Below are positions 49,028 to 62,527 of a stretch of 64,000 nucleotides of DNA, piece by piece; the stretch's first letter is position 1, and each line of letters opens with the position of its first letter. Source of the stretch: Spongospora subterranea f. sp. subterranea (lineage: Eukaryota); the NCBI GenBank assembly GCA_049724395.1, contig JAUGWO010000015.1, positions 62,001-126,000 on the forward strand. The letters run 5' to 3'. The position numbers and the translations under genes were made by a program. The notes under the pieces were generated by a model, which was not told where the DNA came from, ran no database searches, and saw only the letters and a list, made by a program, of their open reading frames with translations.

Positions 49028-49850
49028 GTAAATCGGATTCTGCTTCTCGCGCCAATCGTTACAACAGCTAGCGGTAACGCTAGGCGTAACCAGGTCTGGC
49101 CGGGCACAACGTACAAACACTCCCGCGACCTCACCTGCCCTTATCCCGACGATATCATATGTACCACAGTGAAAAGCCACTCCACATATGTACAGCGAAT
49201 GTCATTTTGGGGAAATGCAGCAACAGCTTGTTTGTACAGGTTAACTCCGGTCTGGTGTCAGCCGCGCATTGGGCTCATGGCCCGGGCCATGGCCATGAGC
49301 CCAATGATATGCCTGATCCCGCATTGTAGTCGTTTCCACCGATGTTTGTGGGCCAGCCTCTAGATGTGGTTTACATCGAACATATTCTGATTGTCAACGT
49401 TGTCCACATCGGTAATGACTTGAATATTCGAACGGCATGTGTGTTTGAATTTCAATACCTCTGTCAATTTTGACCCTATTGCCATTCCATTCTTCAAATT
49501 GAAAGTAGCTATACCCCAGTCTGTACGATTTAAACGTGAGCTTATTTTTTTGGATTCCGTTGAAGTCGTAGAACTACTTCATTGTTTCTGTGCAAAACTT
49601 GTAGTAGCGTAGTTTCATTCGACATCGCAACGATATTCTACGTCGGTTCGTCAGGCCATCATGACAGGGCCAGTGTCCTGCGTTGAATCATTTCAGTTGT
49701 TCACCCGCAACGATAGTAATTTCCCTCTACAAAAAGGTGGATCTGATGTAGCACAGAATGTTCGTTGGGCACGATCGCTAAAGCAGTCGTTGGCATTTTA
49801 TATTCCATACAAGGTGTACACCAAAAATAATGAAACCATTGTGATTGTAA

Positions 49851-51394
49851 CTAATCATCGTCGACAACTGTGTCCTTTAGGGTGTTCAGCATCGATATAT
49901 ATTCGCCGACTCCTGGCCATGAATTAAATCGTTCCAGAATAGCTTCCTCAGACATGCCATCATGTACAATCTCCAAAATTCCGCTAAACAGCGTCTCGAG
50001 TTCGTTCAAGCAAATCTTATCGCTTCTACGGGCTCGAATGGCATTAATTTGGTTGACTGATAGATCCGATTGTCTCGCCAGCAATGTATCATCTTCCTCC
50101 AACGTACTAGAAAATGCTTTCCTTGCGTTTTGTATCTATTTTGAATGCGTCAGATTTTGATTTCCTCGATCCGGACAATAATACCGCATAGATCATATCT
50201 TCCATGATTGCCGATTCCGCCGCGATCGACTCAGCCTTCTCTCCACCTCGTAAAGCGGCCATACATGCATGTGTCACCTCGTCTGACATTGACGCATGTA
50301 AGTCGCAAACCATGTTTTTTGCTTCAAAATGTATGCGACAGCAGACATCTTGATCATTATTCTCGAGCGTGAACCCATACGAAAAAAGCAGAAGGCTAAT
50401 TTCGACCAATCAGTCATTCGATTAGGGCAAACTGTACGTTGAAATACCTGTTCGACACATTCTGAAAGAGAGTAGTAATGCCCATTCCGGATTTCACAGG
50501 AAGAGTTGCTTTCAAAATAACACGATTACTGCTTGCATCATAGCGAACCTCACATCCTCCTTTCGGATCGTGCGTAGCCATATCAAAAAGAGGGATCCTA
50601 AAAAAGCGGTGGGTGATGAGCGGAAACAATGGACACAGTGGAACTTCATACAAAACGCTCTCCCATTTATCATCCACATGCATCCCGAATGCACGAAACG
50701 CCGCCAGACTCCAGAACACTTTATACTCATCGATCGTCAGATCGGGCAGATGCGGTGTAAGGTGGGCGAATTGCAAATTAAGTTTCGTTTGAAGATCGTT
50801 GAGCATATCAACAACTACAGAGCCCTTGAGCAAATCTAGTTCATCGTCATTGTAAAATAGCGGAATGCTTGTCACTGTTTGCATCATGGCAATGTAGGGA
50901 GCCCAATCGGGATTTTGCCTGTTGGCAGCTAGAAAAACAGCCAGAATACTGATGTCGTCAAAATGATCAGAGATGGACAGAAGTTTAGTGACGTTATTCT
51001 CCATTATCGCGTCGTGATTCACAACCATCGATATTGGAATACTTGACACCTCGTGGCCCACTGGCAGATCATGAATTGCAACGATCGAGGAGTCGAGATT
51101 GATCGCGACACCATTATGAATGCCGCCGTGCTCTACGAACCATTGTAGAAATTGAGTCGGCCGATCAACTGATGATATGGGAAACATCCGAATATGGATT
51201 GCGAAAGCGAAGATGAACGCAATGGCGCTGGAAAATAAAAAAGTGCTGGTTCCGAGCCGGGAGATTCCATGTGATAGACTCATATTCTTGTCAGTATGGC
51301 CATCAGGTCCGCCTGGAGCGCTTTTCAGAGCTGAAGACAGTTTGAGTGTGTCTTCAAATTGCCTGTTAGCATCGACGGAACCGACGTCCGCCAT
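49851..51394 (-). CDS. SET-domain lysine methyltransferase (Rubisco LSMT/SETD3-like)
   Basis: FLQWFVEHGG, WAPYIAMM, PLFYNDDELDLLKGS, IPLFDMATH, LLLFSYGFTLENN. Confidence 0.8.
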
Positions 51395-52262
51395 GATAGG
51401 GAGGTTTTACACTGGTATGGTTTTGAACCGTACCCTTTGAAATACGACAGACATACACGACCGACTGATCCTACTAGTTAAACCATTGTAATTGAGCTTG
51501 TAATGGGAATCAGGTTCAGAAATATTGACATGAACTGTCAAATTGGAGATAAATACATCACCGCAAAATATTGACCTACAAGACGGTCATTCTCGGTGCT
51601 GTGTTATCCATAAATTTCAACAATATGAATACGGTTTCATGAGAATAATAAATTCGCAACAGATTGGAGTTCTCTATTTCGTACAACCGTGCCCAATAAT
51701 TGTTCTTTTCGAACAGGAAAAAATCAAATAAGAATGCGACTTGAATTTCTACATAAAATAGGTTCATTATCGAATAAACTGGATTCGACGCGGCCTCAAA
51801 CGATTTCTAACGGTATTTGAATCGCCGTCTATTCTCCATAGCGACCTGATATTGGCCCATTTATCCGAAATAGAAATGCCCTGCGCCAAAGATGTTCAGA
51901 TCCTCGTCGTGTACCCTGATTTTCAAATGAGGTGCACCCCGATCACACCGAATTAATGTGCAGGCCACGCCGCAATCTCAACCTCTCAAATATGATATAA
52001 AACCCATTACACGTCGAAAAAATCCTGACGAACCACATTCTGTGGAAGTGGATATATACACTACACCATAATGTCCGCAGTCCGTGCGACACAAAAAGTT
52101 CAAGGTCGAGATAATATTGACCAGATCAGCATTTGTGAGATTGACATCGCGTCGCGATATCGGCTGGTTTACTTGGGGGCTTCTCCTATCTTAGGCTGAG
52201 GCGTGTTTGCCGGACGCTAATCGGCCGTATCAATTTTGTCGGTGGTTTCATAGTGCCTCTAG

Positions 52263-53893
52263 ATGACCTCAGCCCAAACACCGCGCCTCAAATCTGATGG
52301 AAGATTACAGCTATATCTGCAAAAGGATCTGGAGCAGAATCCCAGTCGGGCAGACGGAATATCTTTGACGGAAGAGACTCGCTTGCGTAGCACTGCCTGC
52401 TCCTTTATTGCCAGAGCTGGCAAAGATCTGCAATTGTAGGCAACTGTAGTTAGAATTTTGCATCAGTTATGGACGATTCGTTCGGCGACGCTATGTTTTA
52501 AAAAAAAATAATACCAGCATATATTGTTATATCTACTCAGTATATATTTCTTTCTGCTTGTATAGTAAACAACTGGCAATCGCAACCGCCTGCGTGTACT
52601 TTCACACATTCTTCGTCCGGTTTTCGTTCAAGTAATATGGACTGACACTCGAATGTCTTCATCTTGAATGCTCAATGCTCAAATTTTTAGATCATACGAT
52701 CGGTTTGAAATTGCCGCAGTCTGCCTTTTCCTTGCTGGAAAGGTAGAAGAGCAAAGACGAAAAGTTAAAGACATAACTGGTATATTAACTTTTATCTTGG
52801 CTTCTGACTTCTAATGATCGAGCATAGAGGTCTGTCTAATGGTTAGAAATGGAAAGAAAAAAATAGAGTCTACTGTAAGTTTCACCCCACTCCCTATGTG
52901 TTGGTTGATTTTCAACTCAACGTTTGGTTCTTTATAAATTTCAATATAGGTTTTACAACCAATGTGCGAATCCATTCTAGATAAGGAGCTCCTGCTGTTA
53001 TCTGTTATTGAGTTTAATTTCCACCCCGCTCATCCCTATCAATACTGCATGATGATCCTCAAGCGAATATTCCAGACCTCGGAATCGGGCTCTCCGTTTG
53101 CCAGTGAGGGGCATTCGTGCAATGTTGGTTTATCAAAGCTGATTCAGAAGGAGATTGCACAGTTCGCGTGGTTAATGATCAACGATAGGTCAACACTTGT
53201 CACTTTGATTGAATCAGTATTGATCCTTATTTAGTTTGAAAACGACATTGTGCCTGATGTATAGACCTGAGCCTATAGCTCTATCTTGTATCGATGCTGC
53301 GATCCGAATCATGAACCTGGATAGAGCAGAAATGATCACATTTCCCACTGATTGGTTCGTGGAGCATGTTCCAAGCATGAACAGAGATCAGTGCTATCAC
53401 ATATGGTCTGTTTTAATGCAGGTCGTTGAACTTGAATCCAGTATACACACTGGTATAATATTTGAATCTAAGTCTTAAGGTTTCTTCTCATCATTACACA
53501 GGCGATTCGGAAATTCTTTGGGGAAAATTCCGGAAAGTGGTTGCCAATTGCGAAGTGGCTGCAAAAGCTTCCAATTGGAGTAAAACGGTCACTGTGAACG
53601 GAGCTGATGCGGGTTCTTCTCTCGCGTTGAACCCAACGCAAGAGGTATCTGAAGATGCAAGGCGCGATAGTGGAGATACTGCAGTGCCCGTAGGAGAGGC
53701 GGTGGTGGTGGAGGAGTCCGGGCGTGATGGGCTCCGTGACCCTACTGCAGTTGCTGACGGTCCAGTCATCCAGACCAAACCTCCCTATTCACACGATATA
53801 CCCCATGCTAAGGAAGACACTGACTATACCATCGACGGCTCAGCGCATATCATAGAGCCAGAGCCATATCGGAAGAGGATCCGCACTGAATAA
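52263..53893 (+). CDS. Transcriptional cyclin (cyclin T/K family)
   Basis: PSRADGISLTEETRLR, QLAIATACVYFHTFF, AAVCLFLAGKVEE..RKVKDI, ELLLL..IEFNF..HPY, AWLMINDS.KTTLCLMY.PE.IA. Confidence 0.85.
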
Positions 53894-53965
53894 ATATATT
53901 TATATGTAATCACATCAAAACGGATCAAGCGCCACCCAAACCTGCCTGCCCGTAATCGACGCCAA

Positions 53966-56190
53966 ATGGAGGATGAAGAGAGGGTGTTCCAGTTCGGATC
54001 ATCATCATCAAATTTGTCGCTGGATTATCCCGACGAGGACGAGTTTAAGGCCCATTCCAGGCGAAAAGCTATACGACGTCGCATGCTTATGGATTGCCTT
54101 CGAGCGCTGCCGATGCAGATGTGCGCCACAGCCTTCCAATTGTTTCTGTTCAGCTCGGTTATTTTCGCAATATGGGTCTCTTGGTATCTGAAACCGCTTT
54201 AAATCTTGAGTTATTGTATAACGATTGCTGTGTATTAGGGCATTCATCTTTCAAGATGCGATCCATTTCCCAGAATTGGTCGATGTGGAATCATGGGGCC
54301 CACAACAGCGTACGCAAAGTCTAGCAGCGTACTCAGAACTGTCGTCAATGCTTGTGCAAACAATACTGTTTGGTACTGACGATGAAGTCATGAAAGATTC
54401 GGCTAATGAGTGTTTGCAAGGTGTTCTGTTTTGGAACTTGAACAGTAATTTGTTCGTACCATTCTATATTCGTTTTGTTAACGCTCTATGAAGATGGTTT
54501 AGGTTTTTTCTCGCTTCAAAATTTGAAATTAAGGCCACAAAGGGACAAGGGCCAATATGATCAAACTGAGTTAATGGCATCGACTCCCATTGTATGATCT
54601 GGGGTTCATCAGTTAGTGTTTACTCCCTTGAGCTAATCAGTTTTCTTTATAGGTGTTTATCATGCAAGAAACCAGCGACACCACTTTTACTATTAATGCG
54701 CATTGGGACAATAAGTATGGAAGTATAGAGGGAATGCTCCCGATAAAGATAAAGATCGAAAACCCACTGCCGATCTCGCTCAAGATAGATGTTCATTTTC
54801 CTACGCCCGAAGAAAATATCTACGCTTTTGCGTTGTCATTCTACGACGTTGTTTTTCCTTCTTTCTGGCATCATCTGTTTATTTCGCTTCCAATGAATCG
54901 GTACAAGCGCCGATTTTCACCTTTCGTCCAACCTTGTCCCGTAGAAGCAGAGTTCGAAAAATTCGAGCGCCGGTTGCGGGCGGAAGAAACCTTTCAGCGA
55001 AGCATGACCGGCTACGTTGGTCGCAGTTCACCCGATCAACGACGATATTCTGACATCTTTACGTCAACATTGCAACTTCTTGAATCGGATACCGATTATT
55101 GTTTCGCCAACAGTAACAATTTGTCAGATTGCATCATATTGTGTTGTGTTGATTATATTCTCAGCTCCGAAACAATTCCAAAGAAGGCGGAAAGAACCCA
55201 AACGGAGACTCCAGGTTCCCTTCCAGATAGAGCAGTTAACGGAAGCAGAACAAATATCCGGTTTGCGTTTGTGGCGCTTTTTTTTCAAAAGAGTCTTATT
55301 TACTTTCGCCGTCAACCGCTGGTACCAGAAGGATTTCAAAGAATCAATTACGGATCTTTGTCGATCGTAAAATATGTAACTGTTCTTTGGTGGTGTCTGC
55401 GCTGAAATATCCATTTGCTAGGTGGTTGAAAACTCTTGGACTTGACCTTCAGGTTATTCGTTTCGATCTCGGCATGGATACGTTCGACGATGCTCCCGAC
55501 ATTATAATGTCAGATGTGCAAAGTATATATCCTTATACCTACCTTATTACCAGCGAGTTGAAGCTGCCTCGATTTTTTCTTCAATTCTCAGTCAGTAGTT
55601 TCTGGAAAACATCTTCACTTTGTATCAGCGTTAGTAACGTGCCTTTTTTTAAATTGAGCTCATTGTTGCTTCGATATAGGTCTCCAATCTCCGGATGAGC
55701 TTCAACGCAAACGTCCGAACCCTTCATCCGTTATTTGTCGGTCGATCATATTTGACTATGACCTTCATCGACAAACCGATACTTGACTTTGATTGCAAAA
55801 TTGATGGAGACCAGTCGAAAATTTTCGGTGTTAATATACCGGAAACAGTATTCGGCTGGAAGGTCCAACAGGCGATGACAGATTTCATAAGGTTATATTA
55901 TCGCTGTTGAAAACCGGAAAATTTCATAATATTTGGATTAGTGCTTACGCGTTGAAATCGTTTTTTCTAAAATGGTCGGAGGGATTAATGCAGACAATGA
56001 CGTTTCCTAGCCAAGTTCATATTCCATGGTACGATAGGCCATCTGAATTTATATTTTCAAGTGATATCGCTCAGGTATGGGAGTTTTGTAATAATATCAG
56101 GTTTTGCTGAAAAATGTTTTTGTGTTATATAGAGTTTTTTCATGAAGATACGGTATCTGTTTTCCGTGCAGATGGTCAAAAGTGATATTA
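53966..56190 (+). CDS. Membrane-anchored hypothetical protein, possibly with SMP (lipid-transfer)-like domain(s)
   Basis: N-terminal hydrophobic segment, then FDLG....PDI, MTFIDKPILDFD and ...MTFPSQVHIPW, which resemble SMP domains. Multi-exon. Confidence 0.4.
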
Positions 56191-56247
56191 ATGATTTATA
56201 ATAAAAAACGGCTACCTATATCGACTTTAGTTGGTACAACCAACTAA

Positions 56248-57272
56248 TACCAACTCACGGTTTTTCAAAATAAATGTCATGTACAGTACCAACTCAAAAC
56301 CAAGTTTAGGCACATAGATATGACTCTTACCAATTAATGAAATGAAACCGGCACGAAATCGTTCAATTGCATCGGCGCTGCGGTCCTAACACGCATAGCA
56401 GGGCATGCCCGGCACGATAAGTCGGCTGATCTTTGTTATGCCGAGCTGATGACGTCACTAACCCATGAAAAACATTGATAAATGTATGTACGCTGAATTC
56501 GTGATGGCAGGTTAGCACGAATGGGATGTGGGCGGCGGTGTGGATGGTGGCCGGAATGGTAAAAAGCAATAGAAAGCTCGGTCTGAACCGTTTTAAGGAT
56601 GGCACCACATGAGACGAGATGGAGGCGCTTTTTGTGAGCCGGGCATTGCGTGTCTGTCGGCATGGGAGGTGATGACTTCCTTTTGCTTCCCCTTGGAATA
56701 CGTGGTCGTTCAGAGAAATCGCATGTAGCGACGGGACATTGATAGTTGCCTAGACACACTTTGACATGTGTGAGGCCATGCACCGACTTGTTACTGCCGT
56801 AACAATGCATGGCCCAGCCAACACCACGAATATCTCGCGGCCCGTACCCTTCAGGAATTGCAATCCGGAACTGGACGCTGCCATCGGGATACTCCGAATC
56901 CGACGTATTTGGCGTCGCTGGCATCGGTACAGGGATTGGTGCACAATGTAGGGATGTTGCTGATGATGATTCGGTAGCTGACGCTGGAGGCGACTTAGAG
57001 TATGATGTGTTTGTGGTGGCGAATCAACATCGGCTGGCGAGCCAGAGCGGATGAGACGCGTCAGTTCGTCAAGCCGTGCCTCATCGGGACGCACCCCGTC
57101 AGGGACGGTCATTGCGAGCATCGCTCTGGCCATGTTAATAATAAACTGCTGTAGCTCAGACATTAGAGAAAACGAGCAACGGTACGTAAACCGAAAGAGA
57201 GAGAGAGAACAGAGATGACCCAAATAAATGATGACTTGTCATTTATTCTGCGGGAAACCCCGTGAGTTGGTA
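56248..57272 (-). mobile_element. Putative non-autonomous DNA transposon with imperfect terminal inverted repeats, carrying a GCM-domain ORF
   Basis: taccaactcacg..aataaatg at 56248-56276 and its reverse complement at 57240-57272 flank the GCM ORF. Confidence 0.65.
56436..57162 (-). pseudogene. GCM (glial cells missing; WRKY-GCM1 superfamily) zinc-binding domain ORF; frameshifted near 57000, ends just after the domain
   Basis: EYPDG, GWAM, KVCLG..C...C...RP, CP.H..L...C and HSGHHPHRRP follow the GCM motif order. Confidence 0.75.
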
Positions 57273-58128
57273 CAGTCGCGATCACCTTACGGTAAACCGA
57301 CAATTCCGTGACTGTGCGCTGCCTTGACGTGTAGTTGTTGGTGAGGAACAGTACCGGCCATCTTAACTCACCAAATTTTGTATGAGACCACGAAGTTTCT
57401 AATTGTACAAAATACATGAGTTGTAAAAAATCGGAATCTATAGATCGATAGATCTTGTGGAGCTTGACAATTCTATAGTTTCAGATTTTTTCAATTTCTT
57501 GAACTTACTGATATTTTGCGCACTAAAGTTATGAGGAAATGGAAACTGTTGAGAGGCCAAATTCAACCGCAGATAATTATTTGCGTTCGCATACTTTGAA
57601 TCAGCGCACGCAAATAAATCTTGCGCTGTCGCGCAATACTCTTTATAGATACAGTGACAGCGATAAAAATTGAACTGTATCTATGAAGTATCCTATGGGC
57701 CTACAGAATTGACGCGATCAAAAAGCAGAAAAGACTGGATTCAAAGACCATTCATGACGTTCAAAAGACTGGATTCAATCATTCGAATTAAATCAGACGC
57801 CCCGCCATACAAACTAACTCAAAGGATTTTCTGCGAAGTGAATGAACAGGGATACCGGACGACTGTATCGAGCGATTTTAGCAATTTGGCGTAAAAATAT
57901 AGCCTTGAAGATCGCATAAATTACGAGCAATGTTGAGGTTTGAAGACGTAGATTGACGGGTTACAGCAGTCAATAATATAAGCGATAGGATTGATGAACC
58001 CAGTTAGCATCGGCTACCCCAACGCTATCATGACGGACGATATTTCGCAATTTGATGTCCACGATCGAGATCCTGCGGACAATTGCGCCAGCACGAAACT
58101 TGTCGCCCTTCTTTCGATCCCAGGTGAC

Positions 58129-59150
58129 ATGGCTTCGAGATTGTTCATTCCGGATGGCCTGTTGGGGGTTTATAAGGCCCCGAACGTTTTATCTTACAGC
58201 GTCGTTCATTCGTAATTTTTGCAACAGCTGTTTCAGGGTTACGTTTGCTGAGATGATGATGTTCCAGAGTAAAACAAATTCTTCGGCTGAATCCATTGCA
58301 GAGGTCGGTAAAAGTAGGGCATAGTGGAGTATTGGACCATTTTGCAGAAGGTATCTCCTCTGTACTGGCATTCTCTCATGATCTAACCGTTGCGCTCCTA
58401 AGGAATCTTGGTCATCGGAATTGGGTCAGCCTGTAAACGTCTAACACAGATTCTGAAAGGCGATAAGAAATATGTGGTTACTGGAAGATTTGGTTTTGAA
58501 ACTGATACACTTGATATATCGGGGAATTGTATTCGAACTCTTGGATATGGTGAATAGCCATCGTTGGTTATGGACCCTAATTTAACTGCATTGTTTCAGA
58601 ACATATAACGCGCGACTGCATCGAACACAAACTATCTAAATTCATAGGAAATATCTTACAAACACCACCATTGTAAATGGCGCGTCACCCATTTTGAATA
58701 GTTCTGATCTTGTTTGCTCGAGGTTTTCAGCATTGAAAATCCAAGGAAAGCGATCCAGTGACCGAGTTCGAAACGGCGAGAAAGTCGTGTTATCTCCCAG
58801 ACCCGTTGTTGTAAATGATCTAAAACTTATATCATACGAGCCACCTGTGTTTCGACTAGGTCGGTTGAAATTTGTCGTTGAATGCCATTCTTATTTTAGT
58901 TGCAGAGGTCCATTGCGGGTCCGGGTTCTACGTTCGCAGCTTGGTAGCAACGCTCTGGTGATATTTTCAAATATCACTGAGAATACTGTTTTAGGTCAGA
59001 GATATTGGCGAGAGCCTAGGCTCATGTGCAACGGCCGTCACCTTGTGTAGGACGAAATCCGGCCCGTTTTCCATTCCAGATTCCAAACTAATCCGTTCCG
59101 ATGAATTGACCTTGGAAAGCATCTTCAGTAATATTTACCTTGGACCTTGA
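58129..59150 (+). CDS. TruB-family tRNA pseudouridine synthase
   Basis: GLLGVYKA, KVGHSGVLD.FAEG, KKYVVTGRFGFETDTLD, QTPPL/FSALKIQGKR, CGSGFYVRSL/VRDIG, RTKSGPF. Confidence 0.92.
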
Positions 59151-59188
59151 GCTATGCTCCTCGAATTGTTTATATAAACCAATTTAAG

Positions 59189-59880
59189 TTATTGTTTTGA
59201 TGTTGCTGCCTTTACGGCTTCTATGGATTCAGCGCTTTGACCTCCCGTGACTGATGCAAACGAATATTGGTGATGGGATAAATGTGGGACCAGGCCATCA
59301 GGAAGCGTGATATTGCGACTATGAACAGCTTGCCCGATGTCCATGTTTCGAATATCAATCGAAATCTGCTGTGGGATGTTCTCATCACCATCCCACCAAC
59401 ATTTCAGGTAATCCTGGTTGAATGATAAGAGCCCGCCTCTCTTGATGCCGATGCATGTGTCTTCATTCTCCAGTATAACTGGCACTTGAATCAAATGCCG
59501 CTTGAAAGGTTGGAACTTCATAAACGTCACGTTTACCTGATTCAGCCATTGATATTTTCAGAAAATAATTGCGATTGTCGGTAGACAAAATTTACCGTTT
59601 TCTGATAATACAAATAATGGCGTTGATGACATCGCGGAATAACCCGGAAAATACCTTTCCCCTCAACTTCAACATCGTAAACTGTGTTCCAGAACCATGG
59701 CTTCCGGCGAAGCCGTGCAATTTCGCTGTGGTCAATCGTGATCAGCTCTTTGTCATCAGGACGAGTTCCATGGATGATGGATGGTACACGCCCAGATCCT
59801 CGTATAGCTCGAGCGACGTGCGTCCCTGATGCAGTACGGCATGAAGCCTGAATTGTGGGTATTGCCCTGATGACGGTCAT
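59189..59880 (-). CDS. Ribosomal protein bL25 (Ctc/TL5-type), likely mitochondrial
   Basis: R..SG...AR.IR..GRVPSIIHG, NVTFM, VPVILENE..CIGIKRGG.L, IPQQISIDI..MDIGQ.VH.. Confidence 0.85.
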
Positions 59881-61157
59881 CGTACGATGATTGGCCGATT
59901 GGGGCCGTTGGTCGGGGTTATGGCACCGTTTGATGCGGCCCGTTATCTTCCTTGCCATGTACAGTCCAGGAGGCGGGGGGTTACACTCGCCAGTCAGGGG
60001 CTACACTGCTGTACCACTCTACCGCAGTCGTGCATGGAGCATTTTCACTCTGCGTTGACTGCCCAGTTGAAAAGGCCAATGAAAATGACGGGACAAAATC
60101 AAATAATTGACCAAAACACTTTTCATAGGGTTTGTCTAGCTATCAAAGCTTTGCACTGGAATGTTTCAGTTTGCTTTGCATTATCGTCATCAGTGCCGAA
60201 CGTTTTCTGATCGCAACTTCATTGATACAAGTTTCGTAGTGCCAACATTCAAAACCGGCCTTGGTCCTGGAAATTGAAAAGCGCTTTAGTTTATTCCATC
60301 GCCTAAAGTTTTCAGCGAGTGGGTTTGACTGAAGCACCTACTTCTTGGCCTGTTCTACGATTCCATCATGTTTTCTCCCATATTTGTAAATCTCTATTCA
60401 AAAATATGTCGTGTGTCATTTTTTCGATCAAGGTAAACAAGTTTTCTGCATGCACTGTCGATCAATATGGATCAAAACGCCAAACTAAACTGGTTAAATA
60501 GTTCAGCATATTGAAATTGCCATTGAACTTCAGTAGAAAATTTCATCTTTTCTCAAACCATTGACCCGATTGACATGCGATACTCACGATTCATCATATT
60601 TTCCCAGAAATTAAACGTCCAGGCGGCATCCATTAAAAGTTGTCTCGAAAGCTTGTCTATCAAGCGTTTGCAAAGGCGATCTATCCTAAAAATCGAAAAA
60701 TAGATCAATTCCATTGCACAATATCAACATTGCGGTGTACATGAGTAGAAAATAGAATTTCTCAATGGAAAAACGATGCACTTTTGAAGATCAAGGCACA
60801 GATCAGGGAACAAATCGATAAGTTTCGATTATCATCATCATGATAACGACCTTCAACATTATGAACGAATAAACTTGACAAGCTGTAAAAATACATAGTA
60901 TTTTCAAAACCGTGCATTGTTAGAACGTCCCGCTTCGAATTTGAAAAATTGAGGACCTGGGCAATCCCCGCGTCAATTCAGTACAAAGCGTTGAGTATTT
61001 TTCACGTCAGGCGAATGTTCCACTTCTTGCATGAAGGGGCAACGTTATGATTTAATCTACACTATGGCGAGTTATCGGAGAACAAACCACCGTTAGGAAT
61101 GAAATGGCTACCGTGTTCGAATTGGGATAACGATCATGTTTAATTTTTGTCAAAAGC

Positions 61158-61533
61158 TCATTGGTGTTTCTTAGAATTGTCGTAATATGAATCCATATAC
61201 GCAGGTACAGGCTGAGGCTTTCGTTGTCTTCGATGGAACTTGCCCAATGGGACGGTTTTCGGAGCGACATTATACAAGCGGGGATAGGCGATTCCATAGT
61301 GCTTGGCAAGCTCAAGCCTAAATATCAACTTAGTAATTTCTTCCTTTCAAGATAAAAACAACAGCGTGGCACCTGGAGCTCGCCTCAAACATTTTGCTCT
61401 GAACTTCTTTGGGATCGGTCAGGTTGGCGTTATGTCGAAACAGGGTCGCCGCTTCCGATTTGACGGCGATTCGAGTCTCGCTGTCAAAGCGCCGAGAGGC
61501 GCGAAGTATATGGCGATACAGTCGCAGCGCCAT
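61158..61533 (-). CDS. LYR-motif protein (LYRM1-like)
   Basis: ALRLYRHILRASRRF...EA..LFR.N.NLTDP, spliced to RLELAKHYGIAYPR. Confidence 0.8.
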
Positions 61534-62251
61534 GTGTAAAGCTCTCTCAATGGGCGGAACACACCAACAAACCGGCCCACCCTTTCTGATGATATAGTCT
61601 GGTTGAGATAGAGGGTCAGGTGCCAGTAAACCACTTGGACGTTCTGTTTACTGCCCTGTAACACGCAATATCGATCACAGATGTTGCGTGTCTTTTCCGG
61701 GATTAACGCAACAGCACCGGTCGTGAACACCAAATTACAGCCCCTGATCTATACGAAGTCGCTGATAGTATTGCAGTAAGCTACAATTCCAGGAAGTCAG
61801 ATTATTGTCGCCGGAGGACAAAAAATGGGGTAAATGTGGCGCCAATTTCAGTATATCTGCTAATACGGACCAGCGAAACTTCAAGACCGAGGATCAGCCG
61901 TAAACTGTTTGAATGGCCGTTTGGGGCTGCGATTTCTCGTTGAGTCAGGTGTATTTTCTTGTTGGGTATTGTGGGCGGCTGTGATTTTTTTCCACACGTG
62001 GGGAATCCTCCCAAATGCTGAATCATGCAATGCACCGCATTCTTGGCTATGGCGGCGACATCGAACAAGCAAGTGATTAAGTTTATTTCAAACAAAGATA
62101 CAATTTGAAGGACACTTTGCGATGAAGAGGATTGCTTTGCACTATTGTTGTCATATCTGCTGTTGCTATCACTACTTCCATGTATTCAGTTCAATAGGGT
62201 ATTCCTATCTTGACTACAAAAGATGCAAGAACCTGGACCATGCTATGAATA

Positions 62252-62527
62252 ATGGAGTTGAAGCACCTCTTGATACTATTGGGAAATAGAAAAAGAGATG
62301 ATGTTGTTCTGGTTCTTACGGCGACTTTTTTACCATCAGATATAGCTATGTTTACTGGGGAATCTTTCGCGATTACAAGATCTGATGGAACAGGGAAGAC
62401 TACAACTGTTAGAAGAACGGTTGATCAAGTTGGTGGAGGTGTTATCTACTTTGATATTCCTGCTAATCTATAAAGATTTTCTGTGGCTTTGGGTAACCGA
62501 TTGGATTCGAATATGATGAAGGAGTGA
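62252..62527 (+). pseudogene. Degraded P-loop ATPase fragment
   Basis: ...DGTGKTTTVRRTVDQVGGGVIYFDIPANL*RFSVALG, a Walker A-like motif followed by an in-frame stop. Confidence 0.4.

Noticed and set aside
51480..52200. Short ORFs between the SET and cyclin genes
   Set aside because: No recognisable motif or convincing exon chain.
58129..59880. Bacterial-like truB plus bL25 pair as horizontal transfer or contamination
   Set aside because: Both carry host-type spliceosomal introns, are convergent rather than operonic, and are explicable as nuclear-encoded organellar proteins.
60000..61050. Possible spliced minus-strand gene
   Set aside because: Splice-like signals are present, but no product could be assigned.
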